A program made the translations under genes and the position numbers. Under the pieces are notes generated by a model. The model did no database searches. It was not told the origin of the DNA and worked only from the letters and a program-made list of their open reading frames with translations. From Lama glama (lineage: Eukaryota): 63,816 bases of DNA. Shown here in pieces: positions 23,000 through 36,689 of the stretch (position 1 is the first letter of the stretch; each line of letters opens with the position of its first letter). The stretch lies in the NCBI GenBank assembly GCA_028534125.1, contig CM052832.1, forward strand, positions 22,012,185 through 22,076,000, written 5' to 3'.

Positions 23000-24520
23000 A
23001 ATTTTTAAAACCTTTCCTTTACATGATAAGTGCACATAATAATTCAAACAGCACAAATGGGTATAGACAGACAGCAAGTAACTCAGAATAAAAAAAAATC
23101 TTTCTCCCATTCTGGATCTTCAGTCCCCTTCCTCAAAGGCAAGCACTGTGAAGTTAGTTAGATATCCTTTCAGATAGTCCAGTACATGTATAGCTGTAAA
23201 CCACTGCACCTTATAAAAGCTTTTTACACAAATGGTAGCAACCACATACTACTCTATCAATGTCTCGGAGTCTGGTCCCTATCAGCAAATAGAATGACCT
23301 TATTTTTTCAGAGCTGCATAATATTGTATTCTTTAATATACCATGATTTGTTTACTTAGCTGGACACCTATTAATGGACATTTAACATCCCTCTACTATA
23401 ACCACTTTCCCAGCAGACTTAAGGATTTACCTGCAGTCTCCGTTAACAAGTCACAGACACCAGGATTAAACTCAGGTCTATTCAAATAATCTGTCAGTGA
23501 CCGTGACTTCCCTGGGCTGACTGAGATGTCTCTGCTTTTCTGCCATAGCAATTTCTGGGCTGCGAGGGCATGCTTTTACCACCATCACACCTGTTCGGCT
23601 CCAGGTTTCCTCACTGGACCCTGAGCTCAGGTCTTAAGTAGGTTTGTTTCCCCAGAGCCTTGCACATGGCATACACTCAGTCAAATTTACTTCTTTATTT
23701 TGAATGAACCAGGGAATAAATCCCCCAAGTCTCTTGGCAGGTAAATCACATTACCAACCTGTAAAGGGGATATTTAAATATATGTATTTACACATGCTGG
23801 CAATTAATCTACATTATTTGGAAAGATTTTCAAGAAATATATAGGGGAAAAATTAAGGTTGCAGAATGATATGTATAACATGATCTCATAGGGTAAAAAA
23901 CTATAAAACTATAGACCTCAATATAAAATTTTCCATGTATCCACAGAGGAAAAGTCTGAAAAGGTCCACATCAAATGTTAAAGGAGATTATCTCTGAGAA
24001 GTAAAATTAAGTATGAGGTAATGATTTCATGTTTATAGTTCTGTAATATTTGGTTGGATTTTACAAAGTGATGTGTCTGTATACACATTAAATTTATATC
24101 TTTCAAACTAACACTTCTACTTTTGGGAGTATATTCTGAGAACATTTATGTTGTTTCTAGGGTTTGTCTATTAAAAACAGCACAGTCAGTTTCTTGAATA
24201 TTTATACTTTGCCACATATGTCCAACGTAAGTGCCCCATCTCAGAAGAAAAATTCAGTAAGTTATTGTACATTTATATAATGGGATGTTATGTAATTAAT
24301 AATGAGGTACATCTATATATGTAAGTTTTTTCTTTAAAAAGCAGGTTTGAATAGTAAAATTGTATTTCTGTGGGGAAACCATATGCCTAGAAAGTATCTA
24401 AATAGTTTAAGAGTATTAATCTTTGGGTAGTAGGATTACGGTGATTTTATTTTCTTAACTTTTTATATTAATAAATGACTTTAAAGTCAGTGTGAGTATC
24501 TTGCATAACAAGAAAAACAA
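23000..24520. mobile_element. Cluster of degraded L1ME fragments, both orientations, with an L2 piece
   Basis: Old L1 3' end patterns (gagctgcataatattgtatt; gttgcagaatgatatgtataacatgatc). Confidence 0.4.
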
Positions 24521-25089
24521 AAAGCTTTTCCACTTAGAGTTAAACCAAATAAGTCTAGTGGTTTATACCCATCCAGCATGCATGGGTATGTGTTCAAATC
24601 AGAAAGAGGGTATGCTACCAGAACGAGCGTCCCATTTCATGGTGGGAAGGGAAGTGGTTCTTATATACCATTCAGCCAAACCACAGGAAAAAATTAAATG
24701 AAGGAAAAGGCATGCCTGCTATGGGTTAACAAGCTGTGAACACTAAAATAAATTCCCTTTACCCCAGTTAATAGATCTGAGCAAAGGAAAAAACTAGATA
24801 CATGATCCATTTTGTCTCAAAGCCAAGGATGAGACAAGGCATTTTGAACAGAGGAAGAAGGGAAATAGAAGAAAATGGAAATTACATAAATAGAATGAAG
24901 ACCAGACTAAGTACAATAGTGAAATAACCCAAAGGAGGGAACCTCCAGCTTGAGACTGGACCACAGTTAAATCATCACTTGGATTCTAGCCGTTAGGTCA
25001 GTGGGTTAGGGCATGAGGAGTTTAAGAAAAGAATACCTAGTTTCCAGTTGTGACTATATATTAACTCAATCTGGTTAACCATTTATAAG

Positions 25090-25400
25090 TCCATTCAAAC
25101 ATTTATTAAGTGCATACCCGGCCCCACACAGGCAGATGAACATAAAGGTGATGCGGTGGTTCCTGCCGTAAAAGAGGGTACAGACAACAACTGGCAGGAA
25201 ATGCATGATAAATACTGCAAGAGTCTGTGACTAGGTACAGGAGGGCAGGACGGAGGGCTGGACAGAGCAGTGTGAGGAGACCTGGAGAAAGTGGTTAGAG
25301 GTGGTGGTGCTTGAGCCAAGTCCTGGTAAGCAAATGGGCTTCTCTTCTCGCAGAGAAGAGAGTGGAAGTTGGGGGACTTAATTGGGCTGTCCAAGCATGG
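25090..25400. mobile_element. L2 LINE fragment
   Basis: ccattcaaacatttattaagtgcatacc...cttgagccaagtcctgg. Confidence 0.5.
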
Positions 25401-26199
25401 CCAGAAGCCCAGAGACTTGGAAGGAGCTGGGTTTGGAGGTGCTGGTAGGGAATGGGGTGGGGGGGGCTTTGGTGCAGAGAATGAAGAAGGAGCCAGATCA
25501 TGGTCCCTTCCATGCCAGGCTAATAACCACACTCCCAGCATCAACCTCTCATTGCCACGAGGTTACCTAAGATGAAGAGCTCTGAGTCTCCTCTGCCATG
25601 TTTTTTCCCAGCAAGAGCTTAGCTCAGAATCTATCAAGAGCAGCATTTCTGCTGGTACATAAGGAGCCTAATTAGAAACCAACATCTCAGAGAACTGCCC
25701 AAGTGAAGGGCACACAGGAAGTTCTGACGGAGGCACTTGGCGACAGGAGCAGCAAGAGTGCATTTCACTGTAGGGGTGGGTTTCCCCTTACACCCCACAT
25801 CCCAGCCACCACCAGCTGGCAGAATATGCTCTCTTCCTTCTCAGATGCATCACTCTCCACGCCCGCCTCACTGCCCCAGCTAAATTCCCCCATCGTCTCT
25901 CTCTGGATTTCTAGAATGGACCCCAAACCTGGCCATCTTTCTTCTTTTGATTTTGAACCTACAGATCTAGGGTATTTTAACTTCATTCTAACTTGTATTT
26001 GTGGACTAGTTTGGGAATCTAACTACCTACATGTGAATATTTCTAAAAGAAAAGGAATCTCAAACTGATGAACAACTTTTGGAATAGAAGCTGTTTACTT
26101 ATGAACTGGTGACTGCCTTCCTTTCTCTATACATTTTTTAAAACAATCATTTAAGGCAATTTAAAAATAAATAAATGCACATGATTTTTAAAAATGCAC

Positions 26200-26530
26200 T
26201 AGCTCAGGGATCTATCTCCCCAAGGTAGCCCATTCCACCATAGAAGCAGAAGACTCCCAATCCTGTCTCCCAGCTTCCCTGGAACCTGGGCTGGGACAGG
26301 CAGACACACCCGCCCCAGATTTGTAATCTGGAGTTGCTCCTGCGAAGCAGCAGAGTGAGGTGGTGATGGCTGTGGGTTGATGTTCTAGCTGTGGTTCTTC
26401 CTTGTTTCTGCCTGTTGGCCAAGCCCGGTTCTCTAATCTTCCTGGCATTTCAGTAAGTTATCCAATATCCTTTCAATAAACTCCTTTTCTGCCTGAGTTG
26501 GCCAGAGCTGGGTTCTACTGGTTGGTTACA
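26200..26530 (+). mobile_element. MLT1-like LTR fragment
   Basis: gtaagttatccaatatcctttcaataaactccttttctgcctgagttggccagag...ggttaca 3' end. Confidence 0.55.
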
Positions 26531-27027
26531 ACAGCGTCAGTTTCCTGATCCCACTGTTAATCAGCTGTCTTCCTGGAACACATCTGAACAGTGGTATGGA
26601 GGAGAAAATTCGAGCCCTGATGTATCTGAAGCGTGCATTTCACCCTCACACTTCACAGCGTGATGAAGTGAAGAACTTAAGGCTGAACATCAGTTGCCCT
26701 GGGAACTCTGAAGGCACTACTCCCGGGTTTTTATGTAGTGCTGCCGATGAGAAGCCTGCAGCCACAGATTCTTATTCCTTTGAAGCTATTCGATCTTAAT
26801 CTCCCTGGAAGGTTCCAGGCCTGTCTTACATCGACCATAAAATTTCCCAATGTACATTCAGGTGAACATCTTTTTCTCACTCACCACGTGAGGAACTCGT
26901 GGGCTCCTAGAAACCATATGCTTGGCCTTCAGCTGTGACAAGTATTCATGTTGTAAAACCATTCCCTCTCACTGTCTTGCTCTGATCTTTCTGGAATTCC
27001 TATTCTTCTTGGGTTGTTCCTCTAAAG

Positions 27028-27183
27028 CTATTTATTTGTTTGCTTGTTTGTTTATTGAATTTTCATTTTTGGTGGGGGGGGTAATTCGGTTTACTTTTTT
27101 CAATGGAGGCACTGGGGATTGAGCCCAGGACCTCATGCATGCATGCTAGGCATGCACTCTGCCACCAAGCTCTACGCTACCCA
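27028..27183 (-). mobile_element. tRNA-derived SINE, camelid Vic-1-like, long-tailed variant, within antisense L1M debris
   Basis: Reverse complement gives tagagcttggtggcagagtgcatgcctagcatgcatg...gaggtcctgggctcaatccccagtgcctccattgaaaaa plus an A-rich tail. Confidence 0.8.
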
Positions 27184-28307
27184 CTAAACCTTTTATTTTC
27201 TATTTTTCTTGTCTTTTTTTTTCATTGTTCTACTTACTGATCAAATTTACTTGCTTACCTCAAATTTAGCTTCTACTTCACTTCTTTAAAAAATCTGGGT
27301 AATTTAAAAAAATCTAGATGATTTTCAAGAACATTTTATTTTGCTCCCTGATCAACCTGTTTTTAAAGCATCTTGTTCTTGTTTTATGAATAGCCTAGCC
27401 TCTCCAATGCCATCATTTCTTTTAAAGTTTTCTTTTGTTTCCTTTTCATCTGTGTTCTCCATAGTCATATTTTCCTACCTTAAAATATATATATATCTTC
27501 TTGGTCTCACTCTATAATGTCTTTTCTCAAATGTCTTGTCAAGCTCAAACGTCTTGTCAAGCTTTGTGTCTTTAAAACGCATATTTAAGAATAAAGCAAT
27601 ACAGTGACAACTGGGAGCTGTATGATTCAAGTTGAAGTGATACCCTTAGGGGCCAGAATGGAGCCAATCCATTTATTTTGAGATTTCTCAAAAATTACTT
27701 GTCTGCGGGAAAGACTCCTGGATTCTGGACATTTATTCTGCATGAAGACCTTGATGAGAATCCCCTTTTTGCTCTTGGTCTTGTCACACAAGCTTTGGTG
27801 GCTCTCCAGGGCAGACTGACACCCTCTCTGGCCATGGCTTCCTCTGTCTACTTTACTGATGGCCCCTCCTCCACTCACTCTCTGTGTTCCAGAAATTTGT
27901 TAAATTAATCTTGTCCACTGAAGGCCCTCCTCTCAATGATTAAAAGTAAGAAAAAGTTTACTATTATTTTCATAGGGTTTCAAGAGAAAGAAGATAAACA
28001 CATATGACAATCTGCCTTTCTGAACCAGAATGGCCTTCCATGTATTTAATTCTCACCCATCAGCAAGTGGTACTGATGGCTCACTAGGTGCAAGGCACTG
28101 TGCTTGGCACTTTATATTAGTAAACGAACTCACGTAATAGAGGTAATGGTTTCTTTTGCAAAGAGGAGCGGAAGCCCTAATATCTTTCCTACCTTAGTCT
28201 CTACCCCAATAATTGAATGTTGATCTTAAAAAGCAAGAACTTCTGAAAACCTTTTACAGATTAATTCTATATCTGTATCTATATCTAACACCAAATTAAG
28301 ACTAAAT

Positions 28308-28409
28308 GGGGGGAAGGGGGCTGTAGCTCAGTGGTAGACTGCATACTTAACATGCAGGAGGTCCTGGATTCAATCCCCAGTACCTCCATTTAAAAAAAAA
28401 AAAGAAAGA
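28308..28409 (+). mobile_element. tRNA-derived SINE, camelid Vic-1-like
   Basis: tagctcagtggtagactgcatacttaacatgcaggaggtcctggattcaatccccagtacctcc plus poly(A); imperfect TSD agactaaat / agagtaaat. Confidence 0.85.
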
Positions 28410-29049
28410 ACAGAGTAAATGGTTAGGAAGCTTAAGAGAAAAGCCTGATTAATAAGTTACACAGACCTAATGTTACTCAGATGAAATAAGAGAAAATGAC
28501 TAATACTTTTAATAATATGAAACTCTATGATGAGCTTTTATATCTGTGAGTCATAGAGGTCTCTAAATTACAGTGGGCAAAAGGTTTTCAATCCCCCATA
28601 CAATGCTTACACTTTATTATTCCCTTCGAAGTCTGAATTCTATATGCTTTTACAGAAAAATAAATGACAGGGAAAACTGTGCAATTAAATTGCTAACTGA
28701 AAAGACAGTTTTACATTTATTCATATTACCAAATTCATAATGTGTTCTTCTTTAATTTAAATGATTGCTAGCCTTTAAATATGTAGTTATTGCCCATAAA
28801 ATGGAATTTAAGAATTCTTCTCTCCAGACATCTGAATTTCCAATTTGGAGGTTGGCAAAAGTATTTAAAATATATTCCGTGACGGGCAGTTCAGAAGCTT
28901 CTGCTCTCACTCTGCTGCTCAGATGTCTCCCTGAAGTGGTGTACTTGAATCTCCCACTGGAAGACTGTTTAGTTTATCTCTACTTCCCTTTCCAATTTCT
29001 AGTTTTTTGTTTTACGATTTTATCTCACCTCAACATCAATGGAATAAAC

Positions 29050-29265
29050 CAGGAAGTTGACAAACATTTCCTGTAAAAGACCGGGTAGTAAATATTTTAG
29101 ACCTTGTGGGACACAGCTCTGTTGTAGCTACGCCACTCGGCTACTGTAGCAGGAAAGCAGCCAGAACAAATAAATGAATGAGCTTGACTGTATTCCAATA
29201 AAACTTTATTTATAAAACAGGCAGTGGACCAGATTTGGCCCTTAGGCCACTGTTTGTGGACTTAC
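29050..29265. mobile_element. MER58A-like hAT-Charlie MITE
   Basis: caaacatttcctgtaaaagaccgggtagtaaatattttagacc...ttccaataaaactttatttataaaacaggcagtggaccagatttggccc. Confidence 0.75.
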
Positions 29266-30069
29266 GGGGTAAATCATTATCTTTCTGCAATTTTAATTAT
29301 GTTTTATAAACGGATATCTATCTTGCTCATGCCAAATACTAAAATTTTATGAGGTGAGAAAGCCAATCATCTTTTGGGGTAATGGAATTACATCTCTGTC
29401 ATCTTTGTGTTACATGTGAGGACCAGAAACAAGTACTAAAAATACAAGCAAATTTGAGCTACCCACTTGAATAGCTGGACCTCATCCCATCCATGGAAAA
29501 CAATGCTAATTAACCACAGGAAGATACTCCTTTTGATGTCCTCAGCCATTCATAGCTAGAAAGACAGTTTATAGGTGCAATAAGGAGCTATAAACAAATT
29601 CATACTATGGGTTTAACAGATCAATTTTAGAGTAGTAATTCAATTGCTTCATTACTGGTACCAAAAAAACCTGTCAGCAAACTTTTTCCCACTGAGCTAC
29701 TGTTAACACATGAGGGTAGTGTAGTTGTTCTGAATCTCAACTGGTGAGTTCACAGAAGCTTACTTTGGAACATAAGTGCTACAATGGCTTGCAGCATGGC
29801 GCTAGGACCTTAAATCCTAGAAAAAGAGCATGTGTTTAAGTATCCCTCAGGCTCCAAAGGACAGGGCACTTGGCTCTGTAGGACATAGTTTTACAAACTA
29901 TCTCCTGGTGCAGGATTACAATACATGGACTTCAAAAATAGTTTTGGAAGATTTAAGAATTTAAGAACTCTCTTAAAATAGTAAAATATTACTTTAAGAA
30001 ATACAAAGAACCAAAAGCTGACATCAGCTAGTCTCATGTCAGGAATATCTAATACTCATACAACTGACT

Positions 30070-31400
30070 GGAAGGCCAAAGAGTGCTGCTCTCCTGTTCA
30101 CTCAACTTTTATTTAGTGGCAAACTCAATTCCTGTATTTGAGGGCTGGGAGTTTCCAGGCTGCAGTACAGTAAGGAGGAACCCAGGTGGTAGTTGATAAA
30201 CTCCGAGTTGAGAAAAGATGTTGCTGGGGAGATCAAGAGAGCTAGAATTTGCACAGAGAACCAGAAAGGAAGGAAGTGTTCAGATAGTCTTGGAAATCTG
30301 CAGAAGGTCCCTTGGATTCAGTAGACTCTTGATTAGTGCATGCATGTGAAGAAAGTACCCCGGGCCTGGAAAAAATGAACACCTGAAAGCAATAGAAAGT
30401 GACTAGCGCTTCCACAGGGCCTGAAACCAAAGGCACATTGTTCCTACAATTGTTCTCAGACTGGGAAAAAACCCCAAACCACTATAATTCATGAGGCACA
30501 GGCTAAAGTACTCAGAGGGTGTTGTCTCACGCTCTGATTGAGGCAAAATTAGCCTTTGAATATACACTGCTCTGGCCCCACCCAGCAAAGCAAAATCTGA
30601 AAGATCAAACTGTTTCTAAGATACTTAAGTGCATCTCAGAACAAAACTCAAGAATACTTAGAGATACAAAAACATCTAGTACCCAGTGAGGACTATCATC
30701 CATCCGGAGGTTACCAGCCTTCCAAGGAAGCGTGAAAGTCCCATCCATATTCAGGAGAGAAATCAATCAACAGAAACTGACCTCAAACCAAGACAAATGT
30801 TAGAATTAGTAGACAAAGATACAGATAAAAGTTAATGGAACTCTACCCCGTATGTTCAAAAAAGTTAAGTAGAGACACGAATGATACAAACCTACAGATT
30901 CAAGAAGTTCAATAAGTCCCAAACACAAGAAACATAAAGAAATCTAGACCAAGGCAAATCACCATCAAATTGCTCCAAATTAGTGACAAAGAGAGAACAT
31001 CTTGAAAGCAGCCAGAGGGGTGAAAAAAGTTATGCTACAAACAGAAAAAAAATGATGGGATTGGTAAGAATGTAGACAGAAGATAGTAGAGCAACATCCT
31101 TCAAAGCATTGAAAAGAAATGAAACTGTCAAACCAGAATTCCATACCCAGCAAAAATATCTTTCCAAATCCAACGGGAATACAGAGACTTATGTGGGTCA
31201 AGGATTTTGTTACAGTATTATATATAACAGGCGGAAGTTAAACAAACCAACCAACCCTAAATGTCCACTGTCCATTCACTGGGGAATGGTTAAATAAACT
31301 GTATCATACACCCACATTAGAGAGTATTGTGCAGCTGCAGTATTTTAGGCAAGGTCCATTTTTGACTTTATGCAGTAAGAGAAAAAAAAGCAAGTCAGAA
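30070..31400 (+). mobile_element. Degraded L1M fragments (5'UTR/ORF1 region then 3' piece)
   Basis: gaagttcaataagtcccaaacacaagaaacataaagaaatctagaccaaggcaaatcaccatcaaattgct...aacatcttgaaagcagccagag resembles L1 ORF1. Confidence 0.65.
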
Positions 31401-32728
31401 TGGTATTTGTCTTCTATGTAAGACCAAAAACAGGTGAGGGGTGGAGGAAGTCAGTATGCTCTTCATCTAATGGTATAAGCAGGCCTTGGTTTTCATAGGT
31501 TACCCTGGGATTAATGAGTCTCTTCAGATGATCCCTACAAATTCTTCATCTTACCCATGCTCTTCTTGGCTGGATCACTAGCGAGCGAACAACTGTGGAA
31601 TATTTAACACAGATCCCAATTCATACAATCCCCAACAAAGTGAATATAGGATTAGGCAACTTTTGAGATGGGAGAACAGCTCTAAAACACCCAGACAGGG
31701 AGGCGGGAGCAGATGATGGAAGAGCCCATGTTACTCTCATTGTTTTTTTCCCAATAACTTCAAAAGGAGCTTTATGTTTCTGGGGAACAGATTATTTAAA
31801 ATGCAGTACCCACACATAAAAACGCAAGTTTACCCCCTCCATAATGACAGAGTTTTACCAACAGGCCTACTTATTTTTGAGATATTTCCTAGAATTTAAA
31901 AGACAGAATCTTATACCTACAGGGCAAAACAACACAGCCATCAACACAGAAAAAATAGTAGCATTTGAAAGGAGTCAGTTCCTCCACTCACTTTCTGCAG
32001 CTTTGAGTCCCCAGCTTCTGACACATGAATTGGACTTTCACTCCCTGTTATACTAATGTGCAAACATTTTGATAGAGATCATGACCTAGAAGCCTCTCAT
32101 TTTCCCCATAAAGGTTCTGACCAAGGTCTTAGTGTTTTTCTACTTCATAATGAGCCTCTACCTCTTGAGGCACAGAAGAAAAATCAAACAGGGCTACAGC
32201 AGTGATGGGTAATAAATACATATGAAATTGCATTCATTTTCCAAATGCACATAAAAAAAGATCTTGAAAACATACAAGGACTAAATGCTATTAAAAAAAT
32301 GTGGGATGGAATAGTGGTGATACAATAGCCCTTAAAAATGTGCAAACTTGCTAATACTGAATTTGAAGAATGTGGAGACAAAGAAAAGTGTTTTTTATCT
32401 AAATGGCTTTTGAAAAAAAATGCTAGTGTGTTGTACAGGAGAGCGATGATGATAATGCTAACCTTTATTAATGACGAAAATCAATAACAGACTATAAAGT
32501 TTACCGAGGACCGGCCCAGGTGGAAGAAATCAGGCTCTGTCGGGGGCAACAGTGACTGGTACAGCCAGGTGATCACTCTGATAGCCTGTCTCCTTTTAAA
32601 CAAGTGGGTGTTTTTCTAACCTATTTATCTCCTCACTACGTCTAGCCTATATGCCTTGTAACAATTCTAGACAATGGATGTTACCTCAATAGATGTTATG
32701 TTAATTGGGAGACTAAAGGGAGATCTCA

Positions 32729-33015
32729 CTCAGACATAGAAAACAAACTTATGGTTACCAGGGCGGGGAAGGGGGTGGGAAGGGATACAGTGGGAGTTGC
32801 AGATTGGCAGATACTAACTACTATATATAAAACAGATAAACAACAAGTTTATACTATACAGCACAGGGAACTATAGTCAATATCTTGTAGTAACTTACAG
32901 TGGAAAAGAATATGAAAATTGATATATGCATGTTCCTATATGACTGACGTATGCTATACACTAGAAATTGACACAACATTGTAAACTGACTATACTTCCA
33001 AAAAATATATATATA
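32729..33015 (+). mobile_element. Relatively young 5'-truncated artiodactyl/camelid L1 3' end with TSD
   Basis: gacatagaaaacaaacttatggttacc...acagcacagggaactatagtcaatatcttgt...cattgtaaactgactatacttc; TSD aaagggagatctca (32715-32728) / aaagagaggtctca (33016-33029). Confidence 0.85.
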
Positions 33016-33087
33016 AAAGAGAGGTCTCAAAAATTGCTCCAGTTGAACCCGACAATTTGGAGAACAGTTTCTCCCCCAGCCTATGTA

Positions 33088-33184
33088 CAGTCAGCCCTCC
33101 GTCTCAGTGGGGTCCGCGTCTGCTGAATTTGGTATCCGGAGAGGGTCCTAGACCCAACCTCCTGCGGATACTGAGAGATGACTG
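33088..33184. mobile_element. Internally deleted MER2/Tigger-type (TcMar) MITE
   Basis: Preceded by TA; cagtcagccctccgt ... gcggatactgagagatgactg inverted termini. Confidence 0.6.
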
Positions 33185-33715
33185 AACTTATATCCAGTTG
33201 GCAAAGGGGGTGCACGAAGTACAAACACTCTCTGCATCTCTGAAGCCGTACCTACATCACATCCTCCCCCTGCTTCTCAACCTGAAAACCTCACCTGTGG
33301 CCAAGTGAGTTCACAAACCTGAAAGGCATTGCTTTTCCTGATTAGGTGACCCCAAGTGCATGCCAGAGAGCTCCGCCTGAGGTCTTACCTGGGAATTCAT
33401 CTAGAATTCCTGTGTTAAATTTCTTTTTACAATTACATATTAAAAATGCAAAATAAATACCTGCTTATTAAAAATAATAACAAATACTTATCTGTATGAT
33501 GGATAAAACTTCCCGATCTCTATACATCAGTTAAAGTTTACAGATGTTAGAGTTTTACAGAATAAAATGAACCAATCCAAAAGACACTGACAGTTATATT
33601 AAACATATGATTAATGAATCCTTTAATTATTTTGGTACTTATTTCAACTAATGGACTGCCAATTTTTCAAAAATCTCTATTTGTACTCACTCATTGCATT
33701 TGCTCACTGAAAGAC

Positions 33716-33747
<32 letters not shown>
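33716..33747. repeat. Interrupted (TG)n microsatellite
   Basis: gtgtgtgtgtatatgtgtgtgtgtgtgtgtgt. Confidence 0.9.
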
Positions 33748-33984
33748 AGACAGGGAGGAAAAGTGGACTATTTGAATCACACTCCAATTTAGAACTCTCT
33801 CGATGATGATCTCAGAGTGGTATAGAAAGGTGACTAAAATAAGAAGGTACAAGAACACATACATTATTCTGAGTGTTATTTCCACCATATTAGTATATAA
33901 TTTTTTGGTCAGTTTGCAAAATATAACTTCAAAAAATCTTTTTTAAAACTTTGAGACCGTGGAGGATGGCAAGGCCTGTTGGCC

Positions 33985-34090
33985 AAGTTCCAGAGCTTTC
34001 TGGGCCTCAGTTTCCTCATCTGTACATAGTGGATACAGCAATAGAAAAATCCCTGGGATACTTTGCAGAGCCTCAGTGCCTGTGAGCATC
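33985..34090 (+). mobile_element. MIR SINE
   Basis: ctgggcctcagtttcctcatctgtacatagtggatacagcaatag core. Confidence 0.7.
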
Positions 34091-35239
34091 TCTGAAGCCT
34101 CATCTACTGATACATCTCACTTCTTTCTGAACAAGATTCCTTGCGTCAGACAGGACTGACGAGAACCTGGCAAGTGCTAAATTCACCAGAAATTCTGACT
34201 AGATTAGTTATGAATAATATAATACGAAGAACACAGACATCAAAAACCATCATAGAAATTTAAGAACCTAAAGTCTCTTGATTTGAGTCTCAGTTCATAG
34301 CCAAACACACAAGCTGGCTCTTTCCCCAGCTCCTTCAACTGTTAAACCTGAGGATGGCTAAGGGGTGGGTGTGGGTGTGTGTGTCTGTAGCCTCAGCCAC
34401 TGGATCCTTTCTTGAGCTCTTTCCCTCGGTTCCTAAGGGTTTGGTTCTAGAGTTGTCTGGAGCTGTAAAAGGGATGAGAGGATTTCCTTCTGTCCCCACC
34501 CTATCATCACACTGTTTATGACCAAATGGCACCCTTGTCAAAGCAATTGGGACACACCCTTGCCCCAGGACTGGTGGGAAAGAATGCTCACTTTATTATG
34601 AACAGTACCCTGTCTTCAGGGTAAGCAGGGTGTGCAGGAAGTTTTGTACTCAGTCCTTACCTTCCCTTTTAGCCAACTGTGACTCTCTACAGGGAACTTG
34701 TGCAGCGGGGTCAATTAATAAAATCATGGATTTTTAGGAGGGATCATCGACTCCTGCTGTGGACAAAGCAATATCTGATGGGCCAAAGGTGGGAAAAGGT
34801 CTAAGAAGGACCACAGCCTTCCCAGGGGCTCTCGGACAACAGAAGCTTCTGGAGGTCAAAGTTTCCCAGGAGGGTTGGAAGCCACCTGCTTAAGGCGTCA
34901 AAGCAGAGCCAAAGAGAAAAAAGCCAATCCCGACCCGCCCAGCACTTTGTCACTTTCCCTGCAGCCAACGAGATCAGCAAGACTATTACCAAGAAATCCA
35001 GGGGATTTGGAGAGAAACACATGCTGCAACCTGGGGTCTTCAAAAGCTGAGTCATCAGCTTTTGAAAAAAGCAGAAAGCAAGTGATTTAAGCTTCAAGCA
35101 AGTTGCTATCTCAACTACAGATTTCCTGTTCTGACTATATTGGGTATTTTCAGGACCACTGTCTTACATGTGATATTTGGTCCCTGTTACAGTCCTTGTT
35201 GTGATAATCAAAATCACTTCAAAATAAGTGCACAAGTCC

Positions 35240-35409
35240 TGGTTCTCAAACTTGGATGTACACTACAATCAACAGGGACATTTAAAAACTTCTGATGCCT
35301 GGGTCCCACCCCTGAGATACTGATTAGGTATATTTGTGTGGTCCAGGTGGCAGGATGTTTAAAAGCTACCCAACTGACTCTAATGCCTAGCAGAGTTTCA
35401 GAACCACTG
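35240..35409. mobile_element. MER5-family hAT-Charlie MITE
   Basis: tggttctcaaacttgg ... tcagaaccactg inverted termini; gatgcctgggtcccacccctgagatactgatt. Confidence 0.75.
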
Positions 35410-35952
35410 TAGTAAGGGAAACCCTGGCTGGCAATTAGGCTCCGAAGGTACTGCCGCTTATGGGAAGTCTGCCTTAATCTGCCAAATACAAGCGTGATGA
35501 TGGTGTGGCTAACACTCCTCAGAGGTAAATGTGTATTCTGTTCTGATACCAAATTATTTTTAAAGGCAGAGGGGCAACAGACAAGAAGGAACAATAATGC
35601 TTTTGTAGGAGGAAGACAAATCTCCGATGCTACAAAACTTTTAGCGTATTATAGAAACCAGTTTTGCTGGTTTTTTTATTCCACGACAAAGGGAAGCACT
35701 GACCCTATCGGCAGAATTTTGGATGTAAGATGTACTCGTCCAAAGCACAAGTGGTATATCTTTGTGGCTTCTGGAAAAACCCAGAGAAGCTTTCTGCTCG
35801 AAGAATACCACCATCAAAGAACAGGTATTGTCGTTTCCTGCCAGTCTTTCCATTTTCCCGTGTCAAGAAGGAAAGGACCAAACCGATCCACCTAAAAGGC
35901 AGAGCTATAAGATTCCAATTTTCCATTAAGAGATTAAATATAACCTCTAAGG

Positions 35953-36133
35953 CCATGGGTCTCAAACTTGAGCATGCTCAGAATCACCTGGAGGGCTCAT
36001 TAAATGCAGACCGTGGGTTCCTGCCACACAGGGTCTGTGATTCTGCAGGTCAAGGATGGGGATTTGCATTTCCGACAAGTTCCCAGGTGATGCTGAGGCT
36101 GCTGGTGTGGGGACCACACTTTGGGGATCCCTG
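35953..36133. mobile_element. MER5A hAT-Charlie MITE
   Basis: tctcaaacttgagcatgctcagaatcacctggagggct...tttgcatttccgacaagttcccaggtgatgctgaggctgctggt...ggaccacacttt. Confidence 0.8.
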
Positions 36134-36689
36134 TTCTAAGGGCTCACAAATTGTGTGTTCCCCGAGTACCAAGAAATGTTTCTATTTTGTTTCAGGCTTT
36201 GCGATAAAGGGAAAACTCACTTTGAGTGAAACAAGACATTGTCTTACGATAAATCTTGAGATTTATGCCAAGAGATAAAATTTTATCATTCCTCTAGAGA
36301 GGAACAGATGGGTTCAGTTAACTTCATTCATTCACTTGTGTGTAAATGTTACCCTTGGCGGAGAAAACGAAGAGCTATCTGAAGTTAAAATAGAAAGACC
36401 TTACCATTTTTCTCCCCAGAAATGTTGACCCATGGTTTCTTGTTTCACAAAGGAAGAGTGGCTACTTTTCATTTACAAAATGTTTATTTTATAATGTGGC
36501 ATTTTAGTGGGTATAAAGGTGGGCTTCTTAACAGAGGGGTTGGGGCGACTGAGTAATATCTGGAACAAATAAAGTTGAATCTGTACTTTATAGATGAGCA
36601 GGATAAACCTCCAAAGGAGCAAACATTGAAATTTAAAAAAAAGTCTACATAAATTCTGCCAAGAAAAAAAAAAAGCGTCAGTTTCGTAT

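Noticed and set aside
11951..28409. tRNA genes suggested by A/B boxes at 11951, 27100 and 28308
   Set aside because: Poly(A) tails, TSDs and imperfect cloverleaf stems show they are SINEs
35494..36278. Overlapping 133 and 182 aa ORFs
   Set aside because: The longer one overlaps a MER5A; neither resembles a known protein; antisense to the host gene
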